A DNA stretch of 64,000 nt from Paraspadella gotoi (taxonomy: Eukaryota > Animalia > Chaetognatha). Positions 12,384 to 24,300 of this stretch are shown here, piece by piece (the stretch's first letter is position 1; every line of letters starts with the position of its first letter). The stretch covers positions 21,003,665 to 21,067,664 of the forward strand of contig CM119269.1 of NCBI GenBank assembly GCA_051294375.1. Direction: 5' to 3'. The notes beneath the pieces are model-generated. The model worked only from the letters and a program-made list of their open reading frames with translations, had not been told where the DNA came from and did not search any database. Position numbers and translations under genes: made by a program.

Positions 12384-15300
12384 TCATTCTTCATGCTTCC
12401 CCCGACAATCTGCATCATCTGGACAAATGCAGGTGGCGTTTCCGTCGACACGCGCGAAACACCACGACCCCTCGGCACACCCGCCGTCGTCGACGGTACA
12501 GGCGTTGCCACCAGGCGGGCATTGCTCCGCCAGCGCGGCCAGGCCGTAGATGCGCCCGTTGCCTCCTAAGACGGGCGCCTGGAGTCCCGTCAGGCGCTGA
12601 TTCTCCACGACCGTTTGGCCTTCGACCCTTTGGGATCGCCAATCGGTCCAGAAGACGCGATCCGGGAAGGCTACGAGCCCGAAAGGGTACGCCCCTTCGA
12701 CGGAAATAGAACGGAGCTCCGTCGGGTCGTCCATGTCGGCGCATAGGACAAGTTGTCGGTCGGCGTCGGCCACGCAGACCTCGTTAGTCGCGTCCAATAT
12801 GGAGAGAGCGTTCGGGAGGCCAAGTTCGGCGAACAGGAATTTCCGACGAGAGGAACCGTCCAAGGAGGCCGTCTCAACTTTGGGGCCTGGATTGAGAGAG
12901 AGTGGACCACGTTTGGCAAAAATGGAAATGTCAAATGTCTAGGTAACAAATAAAAGACGAATTGTACAAGTGAGAAATATGAAAGCTAAGCTCGAAAAGA
13001 TACCTATTTTTACTATTGTGCATTAGTCGCACAAAAATCTTTTATTCTTTGCGGTCAAGAGTATTTTAATTAAGCCACTATGGACAAAAATTTTAATTAT
13101 AATCGCATCATCAAACTTGGTCCCTCGTTCCCATCTTGCGACTGGATACCAACCTAATTTCCCTTCTTCCCTCCCAAGAGTTCATCCAAACCACCGCCAA
13201 CTCTCCACCACTCCACCCCACCTTCTCGATTCCAATCCGACCAAAACATTCTCCCCCTCACGGGGTCGACGGCGATGGCGCGTGGATTGACGAGACCCGA
13301 GTCCACGATCTCCTTCCGGTTTCGTCCATCGAGCGACGCGACTTCGATTCGGTCGAGAGTCGAGTCCGTCCAGTAGATGCGTCTTTTACAAAAAAAGAAA
13401 AGCGTGAAAAGTGGTTTTTATGATTTGAGTTTGTGGGGTTTATTTTGTGGGGAATAAGTTTGTGAAAGTTGTTCACCATTTTTTTTACTTGGGGTTTCTT
13501 CAGTATCTTCTATTTTTATCTCTCACCCATTCGTCCTCTCCCCTTCCATCTCATTCTTAACTTCCCTCTCCACGGTTCACAACTTGTTCACCACATTAGC
13601 CAACGATAAGCTCTTTCAGTGGTTTCAGTCCCTAACCCTCCTTGTAAATTCTGCAGCCAATCAATGACAAGTCATATCGGCAGCCCCAAATTCCTTACCC
13701 TTCCTTACCTCCCCAGCCAATCGACGGCGAGTCCCTCCGGCGACCCCAGTCCCTCGTCCACAACGACGACAACGTCCTTCCCTTCGTAATCGGCGCTGAG
13801 GATCGATTTCCCGGCGACGTCGCTCCAGAAAATTCGTCGCTCGTAGCAGTCGACGCTGAGACCAACGGCGGTCATGCCGGGACGAATGAGAATACGGCGG
13901 GCGGTCGGCGCCTTGGAATCGGCGGCGTCGACGTCCTCGTTTCCGGCGTCAATGTCGGCGGCGTCGACGGGGACGTCCGGAATCTTCATGAGGCTCATCC
14001 CGTGTGCGTAGACCAAAAATCCCGGCTTCGCCGGCGTCGGCGGCGTCGCCTTTCCGCCGTCGACGCTACCGCCGGAAGCCGCGCAAATTCGGCCGTCGCC
14101 GGAAAATCCCGGTCGGCAGCGGCAGAGGCGACGCTCATTGAAGAGCACGCATTCGGCGTTGGCGTCGCAGCTTTAGGGTTGGAGGTAGTAAGTTTCTTGA
14201 ATGTATTAGAAAGATTTTACGTGAATACATATGCATTATGCAATATAATATATAATAGAATATGAAATTTTTAATATGTAATATGATATAACGTAATGAA
14301 GTATTATCACAACCCCTTGGATAAGACGGTTCCGTACATGTATCAGCAGTTCAGCACCATATGTGCGATAGGCACACACGGATTGGGAAATGAAATCTAT
14401 TTCATTAATAATAAAAAAATTAAATTCAAAAATACTATCAGCATAAAGTATATATACAGTATTTTACATTGAGAGAGAACGAAATTTAGAATTAAATCTA
14501 AAATGAAAAAAATTTTGATATATAATAATAATTAATATAAAATATTCACCGGCCGGGATCCTCGAGGCAGTCTGGAATCTCGGCGACGCAAGTCTCGACC
14601 CCGTCACCGACGAATCCCGGCGCGCATTGGCACGAGTAGGTCGACGCCGCCTCGTCGAAGATGCAGTTGGCGTCGGCGTGGCAATCGTTTACTTCTAAGC
14701 AAGTCTCGGCCGCCACGGGATGGCAACTGGAGATACAGAGCGAGTGAGCGTGAGATGAAGAGGAGGGAGACAGAGGGAGAGAGAAAAAGAGGAAAGAAAC
14801 CGGGGGAAAGAGAGAGAGAGAGAAAAAGTCAAGTAAAGCATCAAACACACAAATTAAAACTAATTGAGCTCTTGTATGCATTTTCCGTTCAAATGCATAC
14901 ACGAAAAGAAACTGATCCGATAAGTGTGAACAGAGACAACAACAACAACGATAACGACCCACCTCTCGCCGTCGCCTCGAAATCCGACGACGCATCTGCA
15001 GACGAAGGCCTCGACGATAGAGTCGAGGACGCATCTCGCGTTGCGGTCGCAGACTCGGTCGTCCACTCGGCAAGAGGTTCTGCCGCAGTGATACCCGTCG
15101 CCGACGAATCCTTCAAGCGGAGTAAAAGAGAAGAAAATCAAAAATTACTTTAAATTTTTGAAGTTTAAGATCTCGCTTTATTGTTGAAAGACAACAAAAT
15201 TGTAGCATTGTGCAAAATCAATGTGTTGCGGGGTTTACTCTCATAAAACAAACGCTATACAATTTCCTTGGCTTATTTTTACATTCGCCGACCGGGATTT

Positions 15301-18300
15301 TGAGGTCTGTTTTTTTTTTTCGCTTCTTATGAACGTATAGAAATCTTGTTATGAAAAAATGTAAAAAAAATATTGGTAAGGGTAAAAAAAACTTTTTATT
15401 ACAAATTCTTAACCACCCCTAATCCGTTTTTGCGCTGATGAAAGCTATGGTGGACTAAAACCCACNNNNNNNNNNNNNNNNNNCTATCACTAACTCATAA
15501 CAATAATTACTGTCTCTTCAAAGCTTACATTGAACCTGAAACATGTCCGAAATTTATGTTTTTTTATAAAATTCATTTTTTACTTCAAATATAAAAATAA
15601 TTAAAATAAATTTAAAACTTATTTATTAAAAAATTATAAATTTTTTATTACTGAACAAAAAAAATGTATATTATAGCGCAAACTGACCTCGACAAAATTA
15701 AATGGATTAACAAAGCACCGACCGGTGGTAACTAAAATTAGTTGCGGACGTCAAATAGTAAAATTACCAATTTTCTTAATNNNNNNNNNNNNNNNNNNNN
15801 NNNNNNNNNNNNNNNNNNNNNNNNNNNNNNNNNNNNNNNNNNNNNNNNNNNNNNNNNNNNNNNNNNNNNNNNNNNNNNNNNNNNNNNNNNNNNNNNNNNN
15901 NNNNNNNNNNNNNNNNNNNNNNNNNNNNNNNNNNNNNNNNNNNNNNNNNNNNNNNNNNNNNNNNNNNNNNNNNNNTATATATATAATAAACGTATATAGA
16001 TAAACATAAGGACAACGAGGGTAAGCGAGGACAAGCGTGGACAAACGCTTAAATCTAAAGAGAATTTAATATTAATATTAAATTTCACAAAATAATTCCA
16101 AATATTTATATAATAAAAAAAACCTTAGTTTTAATCAGTTTCAATCTCTTAAATTCTACTTTTAATCAAGAGGAAACTAGACTGAGGTTGAGAAAAATAG
16201 GGAAGGTAGGAATTATTAAGGTCTCAATTCTGATTTTAAAAATAGGTTCGTTTCTTCGATTGGAACGGACAGAGTTAAACTCAGAAAAGATCATTAAAAT
16301 ATCTCTAACCCAATGTTTTCATGTTTTTATTTTCAAAGAAAATCCGTCATCAAAACTTGATTTCCCGGCTGAAAAACACGCTTCTTTAACCAGGAGGGAT
16401 GAACAGACAGACAAACAATTTTTTTTGAATATTTCATCAAAATTTGATATTTTAAGATAATCTAAACGATTCATCGAAAAAATTGTGGGATTGGACCAAG
16501 GGACCAACAAAGTTAATTATAAAGCCTGCATCTGCGATAAGTCAGGAATTTTTTCAGACAAAAAATAAGTTTTGTTTCGACGGCCTTTAAATTCCTCCTC
16601 TTTCCTCTGTTCATCTAACTTCGAAAAAACAGGTCCATTGCCTAAAAACAGGTCCATTGCCTAAAAACAGGTCCATTGCCTAAAAACAGGTCCATTGCCT
16701 AAAAACAGGTTGACTGCCTGCGATTGATCGACATTCAAGGATTACTGTCGCTCTTTTCAGTTTTCTTTGTAATGACAAAACTGGGCACTCTTTTCACAGA
16801 GCGCCCATTTCTGCCGGAATTTAATTTTAACTTTAAACAAATAAATTTTTAAACTTATAAACCAATCCCTAACCCTAATCCTTAACCATAACCTAATCCT
16901 AAAACCTAACCGTAAACTTTAATAAGTCCCTAACCTTAACCTCTAACCTTATCCCTAACCAAATCCCTAACCCTAACTTCTAACTTCATCTTCAAATAAA
17001 AAAATTGAGCTAATTCCGAATTTTAGAAAAAATAGGACATTCTGGGAAAATAAGGCAAAAAACTAGTCCGTTTTGGTCCAACTCCGTACAACGCATCTAT
17101 AGTTATAAGTATAACCGTTTATTCCTCAAATTTATAATTCTTAAATTTGGCAGCGATCCAAAGAACAAAGTTTTTAATAATATTTTGGTTCACTATAATA
17201 TACACTGTATAATATAGTGTATATACAGTGTAAAGAAGAAATTTTCTGCTCGACGAAAATAACTTAACTTAACTTGTTGTTTATCACAACCCCTTGGATA
17301 AGACGATAACAAGAAACATTAACAATGTCAATTCATCGCTTTGTTTGCAAACTGCGTAACGCTATGCTAATTTTCATCTGCGTTTTTTTTATTGCTATTT
17401 ACTTCACGGAAGTCATGAACAGTCCTGGAGAAGCAGGTGAGAGAGATATAATGTGAGACATGTATGACTGTATGTACATAATTTCTTATTACTTATCACT
17501 CACCCGTTCACTTTTTTTTTAAACCTTCATCTCCTCAGGACGAGACGCATATCCAATCAGTCCGCCGAAATTGAGGCAGATAGCGAGCCTCGTCCAGGAA
17601 AAACCAGTCATTCGACTCACCGACCAAGGGTCAAGGAATAGCTTTCACCGGCCGAAAGGCTTCAAAGAGGCGAGAAGCGGAGGAACCGAAAAGAAAATTG
17701 AGCCCCACAAACGTAATAACTGATATTTGATTATTTGAATTTTCCATTTTCTTGTTATTTAAATGATTTAAGTGTGAAAAATTAAAAGTATGATTATATA
17801 CGCGGCAATTGTTTACCCCACACCATGACTAATTTCTTATTTTCTAATTCTATTTTCTATTTTCTAATTCTATTTTCTATTTTCTAATTCTATTTTCTAA
17901 TTCTATTTTCTAATTCTATTTTCTAATTCTATTTTCTATTTTCTAATTCTATTTTCTATTTTCTAATTCTATTTTCTAGTTATGTCTGATTGATTGACCA
18001 GAAGATTTTAATAAAAGACGAGAAAAATGAACGATTTAAAGATTGAATAATTAATTAAACTTGCAAGATTTCACTAATTTATACATGTATTGTCTCTTGC
18101 CTAATAAATTAATTCCCACTTTCTTTTGTCCCTAAAATTAAAGAAGTTGACGATCCTGTTAATTTGGCGCAAAGGTTAAATGAACTTTCCCGCGTTGGAA
18201 AAAGCGGCCAGATCAATAGCAAACAGAATCAAGATGTCGTTGCTGGAAACCTTAAGGCGGCGCAAAAAAGTAAGGCCCGTTTAATACTTCAAATATTATT

Positions 18301-21300
18301 TTTAATTTTTTTGTATAATTTAAAAGTACATGATGTCGTCGGCTTATAAAGTATAAGTGTATGGTGGACTAAAATCCACCAACCGTTCATCAGCGGCCAT
18401 TGGTCCCGGAGGCAAGTCATTCGCCTCCCAAACTAAAGGTCCGGGGTTCTAGCCCGGTGGCCGTCCTAGCAATTAAGAGGGACGGGGCGCTTAACCCACC
18501 TTTAACACGGTGTTACAGCCTGATCCGAAGATCAGGGACTGCTTATTGAACGGTTCTGTCCCTAACATATAACACAGTGAATAAATAAGACTGTGAGAGA
18601 GTCTTGATTGAAAGCTTGCAGAAACCTGCTATGTTATTATCTTGTAAGTGTGATGGAGGCCTTAAACCACCAAAGCCTGTCCAAAGTCAGGGACAAGATA
18701 GCTTATTTATTAAATGAATGGATAATTTTTATATTGGTTGTACCAATTTCATATAACAATAATTACTGTCTCTTCAATTGAAAATTATAAGTAACAAGAA
18801 GAAACGATTATGTACGACAAAAATACGATATAATATCTCATTAAAATTTTATTTATTTATAAGTAATCGCTTCTGCCGACACTGCCAAAGCCGCTGACGT
18901 CGGCGGAAGATTCACGAGCTCAGCTTCGTCTGGAACCGAATTTGCCGGGAACAAAATCCGCGATTTTCCGGCGAATCGTCGAGTCTTCTCGGCCGAGAAT
19001 TCCCGGCTGAAGAATTGCGTTATAAGAGCTCCAAAGTCCGGCAGGTTGGTCGCACGGAAGATATTTGGATTTCCTTAGATCAAATTAATTTAATTTAATT
19101 TTGGATTATGGATAGGGATTAAATTATGGATTAAAGTTTAGAATTCGGTTAGAGTTTTGTTTAGGGTTAGGGATCAGGATTAAGGATCAGGATTAATGAT
19201 TGAATAAAATATTTAGTAATAGATTAAGATTGGATCTTAAGGTTAAATTTAAGTTCAGGAATTAGGGACGCTTTCGGAAAATAGTGCCAAAAACGTTCGT
19301 AATCAAATATAAAATAAGTAATTATTATTTACAACGTGACGCAGGTTAAAAGGCTGCGGTGATAATTGGGCTGTTGTGACAACGATCTTCACTCCGCCCA
19401 GTGAAGCTGTGAGGAGGTTTCTCTTCTCCACCGATTGGTGCGTCGTTGTCGTCGGCGACAGGGGAAAGCCCAAAGTAAGCATTACGCCAACTTTCGTTTA
19501 ATGGATTAGCGGTAGATAATAAAAAAAAGGAACAAAATTTTTAACACTAGGATTATTACTTCGAATCGACTTTGGGAGAGAACATCGTGTTCCTGTCCGA
19601 CGAAGCACAAGCGGCGATGAAAAGCAAATTCGTTGACGCGTTGCCATGGAGAAGTTTCGGTAGAAAAAACGTGGGGTTCTTGTACGCGGTGGCGCAAGGG
19701 GCGAAAGTTATATGGGATTTCGACGACGACAACTTGCTCAAGTATTGGTTAGATGGAGCTTCGCCAGATCCGAATTTGGATATCAAAACATACACTCAAG
19801 ACCCAGGAAGTATGTTTTACAATATGTACATGCAATACAGATTAGGCTTTTTGTATTTCAGTTTTAAGCAAAACGATGTTTTGACTTTTGGAATTGTCAT
19901 TTATCAAATTCAAAATCTTTGAAATGAAATGGTATTAAAGTTAATTAAAGTTATTAAATTAAATTATTAAATTAATTAAAGTTATTAAAGTTAATGAAGC
20001 GAGTCTTTCCTCCTTTCCTGAAATGAAAAAAAAATTGATAATTTCCATGTTTCAGAACATGGAATTGTCGAACCGATTGCCGTGGATGACATGGTGGCCT
20101 TCAACCCCTATCCGGCCCTTGACGCTGCTGATCACCCAAGTTGGCCGCGAGGATTTCCGCTTAATCTCATTCTTAAAAACTCAACGTGGAATCTTAAACT
20201 GAAACAGACTACAGATAAAAACTCTGTCAAATTCGGCGTCTTGCAATCTCCAGCAGATCTTCAACCAGATTTTGATGCGGTTTACAGATTGGTTAAAAGA
20301 ACCCCGGTAAACTTTAATCGACCACCAAAAGCTGCTGCTCCTCCGTTACAAGGTTTAAATAATAATAGTAATAATAATAACAATATTAAAGATAATAATA
20401 ATAATTGTACGATTAAATTAAATTAATAATGGATAAAGCTTTTTCTACAAGGTAGATTGGGCCCCAGTCATATTTTTTAAAAGATAGTATTTGATCAGAA
20501 GAAAAGAGCAAAACTTTGTTATTCAATAATCATATGACCTATAATTATATTCTATGTTTAGGCACAAAATACGCCTTCAAACCCAAGCCTATTATTCGCG
20601 TTCCTCCAACTTCTGTGACGCCCTACAATGCCCAAGCAACGCTGCATTTTTACGACGCCTTCTGGGCTCTTTATCTTCCTGTGACTGTCAACGGACGGGT
20701 CTCTGACATTTGGAGATCTTTTGTGGCCCAGGCTCTTTTCCCAAGAATCGGACTGTCTTTGGGATTCTTGCCAAGACCACTTGTCGTTCAAGACAGAAAT
20801 CCACACTCGTATTTGGCCGATTTCATAGCAGAGAATCCTTTGTACATACAGGGTCCTGCTCTGGTCGAATACATAGCCCGAAACTATTCTAGAAATACTA
20901 AAAAGGACGTGGACTTTGCCAGCGCACTCGAATCTCTGTGGGTGGATTTATATGAAAGGGGCTACATTGAAATAAACGACGTATTTCTCGTTCAATCTTG
21001 GATCAAAGAACTTACTTCTTTGGGTTATCGATTTCCAGGCGAAGAAAACCGGCAATTTTGCGAAAAAGAAAGTGAAAATTTAAAAGACCGAATGGTGTCC
21101 CGTGGGGTTACTCTAAAAAAAATAGCCATTGAAGCAATGACGAGCGAATTGTCGAAACCTCCCGTTATTCGTCACAACGTCACTTTCGCCATCGCCGACA
21201 TTCATCCCGGAACACGAGTTCATTTGGCTGCCGCCGTATCGACGTCTGGAAGTAACATTCTTTTAATGGGCCCGCGTGGGAAGTTGAAAAATTATCCGCA

Positions 21301-24300
21301 CGTAAATCAGTTGCCAGGAGTGTCCGTCCTTTCGGACTTATCCCCTGTACTAAAAGACTACGTTAGACTCGAATTCAAGCATCGAGCCAATTGGGTGACG
21401 GATAATTATGAGTTTTACAAAGAAAACCCAATTGTGAAAAAAGTTGACGCTTTCCTCTGCAGCATTCCCTCATCTATGTGTCAATGGTGGGCTCCATTCA
21501 ACCGTTCCATTGTTTTCTTGCCCTCAATCCGTTACAATATTGGCCATTGCAGCGTTAAGGAATGGAGGGCTTTGAACCGACAACTTCAAATTTGGTCCAA
21601 GGAAAGTCGTAATGTCATAGGAGCTATGAATCGGTATGATTTGGAATACATGCGATACTACACGGGCATTGACCCTTTGCTAGTCCCAAATTATGGTAAA
21701 TACCACCTTCCAAAGCTTCAGTCTCACGCAACGAACGACGAAGTATTGATTTTCACCTTTTATTCTCGAAATAGTTCTTTCTCTGCCAGCGTCGAATATT
21801 CTTTGAAACCAGAAATTACCTCTCGCCACATAAAAGACTCTCACGAAACGCGACAGTTTAAAATCGAGGAAATTTCTGGGCATAAAGCTGCGGTTTTCTT
21901 ACCCCACTCTGTTTTCTCTTTTCGCATCACAGAGCTCTATGCCGCTGCGATTCCTCTGTTCATACCCTCCCCGAAATTCTTTTTAAACTTTTCTTTCGTG
22001 GAACCGCACGGAAAAAAAACAACGGTGGGCTTGGGATGTGACAGAACGATGGTTAATTTTCCTTATTGCGACAACAGCCCCGGCCTAGAAGCCGCTAGCA
22101 GGCCGGGCATTCGAGACGGGCTCAGCTATCACCCGTACAGCCCCAATGTGGATATGCAGGAGGACGCCGAGGCGGAGATGTATTGGTTACAATACGCGGA
22201 CTGGTATGAGATGCCTCACGTTCAACTCTTCGACGATTTGGATCATTTGAAGAGGTTGTTGTTGAAAACGGACTTTGATCAAATTCGTCTTGGGATGAAA
22301 CGGGAACTCGCGATGAGACAATCGGGTAGCAGAGAAAAGTGGGCAGAGATTGTGAAGCGGGTGAGGGATGGAAAAATGGCAAAGAAATCTTGAGAATTGT
22401 GAGAAGGGAAAAATATTTTTAGGATTATTATTTCAATGCTTATGTATATTTGCTAGTACCAAATTCTTGATAATTTGTAATAATTAACAAAATTTGTTAT
22501 TCTTGAAGAGATCCCAAACTATTTTTAGTATTGTGAAAAGTTGAAATTTAAGCCTCTTTATATAGTACCTCTTTTCATACAACCAATACTTGAACAATTT
22601 ATCAATTGTTATAGGGTTTTAGGAACGCTATTTCTTACCAGAAGTGATTTTTTTGTGACTAAGAGTTTTGTAATGATTAATGTTTATCTTCAACGTTTTA
22701 ACTGATTGATATATTTCGTTTCGAGAATCCAAATACTGAATTTATATCGTATCTTTTCCATCCTTGTTCTTTCTTTATTTTTGATCAAAAACTTGACATC
22801 ACTTTACCTCAATTTAAAATCACTGTAAACATACGTATGTAGTCCTTAGAGTGGAGTGTTGAAAAGATTAAGCGAGTTAACAATATTTTTTTGCTGCTTT
22901 CATATATGTAATAATTTATGTAATTAGAAACTCATGCCTTTTAAAACAAATTTTTATTATAACAGTAGACCAAATTAGATTTTCCTTATAAATTTGGAAA
23001 TTTTCAAATTGATTTTTAAAAAATTTTAATAACAGATTCGGATTCGTCAGAAAGTTAACAGAAAGTTAAAAAGTTAAGAATTTTGACCTTTTTTTATAAT
23101 TTTGACACTAGACATAACAATTTGTGATAACATGTTTTATATTTTTAGTCTAACTTTTAATAAAAAATCTGAATCTTTAATAAAAATTTTATTTGTTTTT
23201 TTTTTAAATTTCTTATTTTATAAGGATAATACGATAAATATATTGTATTTTGACTTTCTTTTTTGCTTTTCTGTCCCCACACAATAATGAACAAAATACT
23301 TTTTGTACTCGATAATCATACTATCTCACATAAAATTATTATTGTTAATTGACTCAAATCAATTTTTTGTTCTCAAGAGCTCCACTCAAATAGTCATATC
23401 ATACCATACCTAACGTTTTTCATTTTGTCATTTCCCTTATGACCCCATCCACAACGACCCATCATCAATTGATCCTGTCGTCATAACCCTACTAATTTAT
23501 TCGGCAATCCCATCAACCCCCTCACCTTCGTCGCAGCGACAGACGAACATTCCCGTCCCGTCGTCGACGACGCACTTGGCTTGGGCGTGACAATCCCGCG
23601 CCACGTCACAGGAGAGGCCGTCGTTGGGAGCACGAATGCAGCGTCGTCCATCTCCTTCGAAACCGCGGTTGCAGCGGCAGGCGTAGCGGCCGGAGAGTGG
23701 ATCATAGACACATCTTGTTATGTGGGGGGTGTAGGAATTTAATTTTAATGCAAAAACATAAATTATCATATCTCTAGTTTTATCGCCCTTTTTAAGATCT
23801 TAATCACTACCTTCTGGCACCTCTATCACCATTCCAAGAAAAGATTCCATTTCGCACCCCACTACAATAATATTGTACAATTTTCCCATCCACCACAAAA
23901 ACGCACCTGGCATCAACGTGACAATCCTTCGTCACGGAACAGTCGTCCGTCAGACGCCGACACAAGAATCCGTCGCCGCCGTAGCCGCGTCGGCAGCGAC
24001 ACTCCGGAACGACGTCGGAGTCAGCAACGATGCACTCTGCGTCGGCGTGGCATAGGAGATCTTCGCAAGTCATTCGCCGACATTGAGATTTTCCGTCGCC
24101 GAGGAAACCCTCTCTGCGAAGGAGAGAGGAAAATTTCTGATTTTTGTCCTTTTGGCCTATCTTTATATCTTTTGTGTGCTTTAAGTTTAATGTGCTTATC
24201 TCTTGTTAAAATTTAAGAAAAAAATGTATTCATGGTAATTATCCTTTCTTTTTCGTTGTTTGAGAGATTAACAAAGTTTGATTTTATTTTGCAACGAATA

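Noticed and set aside
15432-15450. CTGATGA as a hammerhead ribozyme core (also at 28873 and 29924)
   Set aside because: No stem II followed by GAAA and no compatible stems I/III were found.
16860-16985. Interstitial telomere
   Set aside because: The CCCTAA-like units are highly degenerate and recur with shared flanks elsewhere, which fits a dispersed repeat.
18393-18465. Functional tRNA gene
   Set aside because: The anticodon stem does not pair well, the B box is imperfect and it continues into a repeated body; treated as a SINE head. A similar B-box fragment at ~34710 was also not called.
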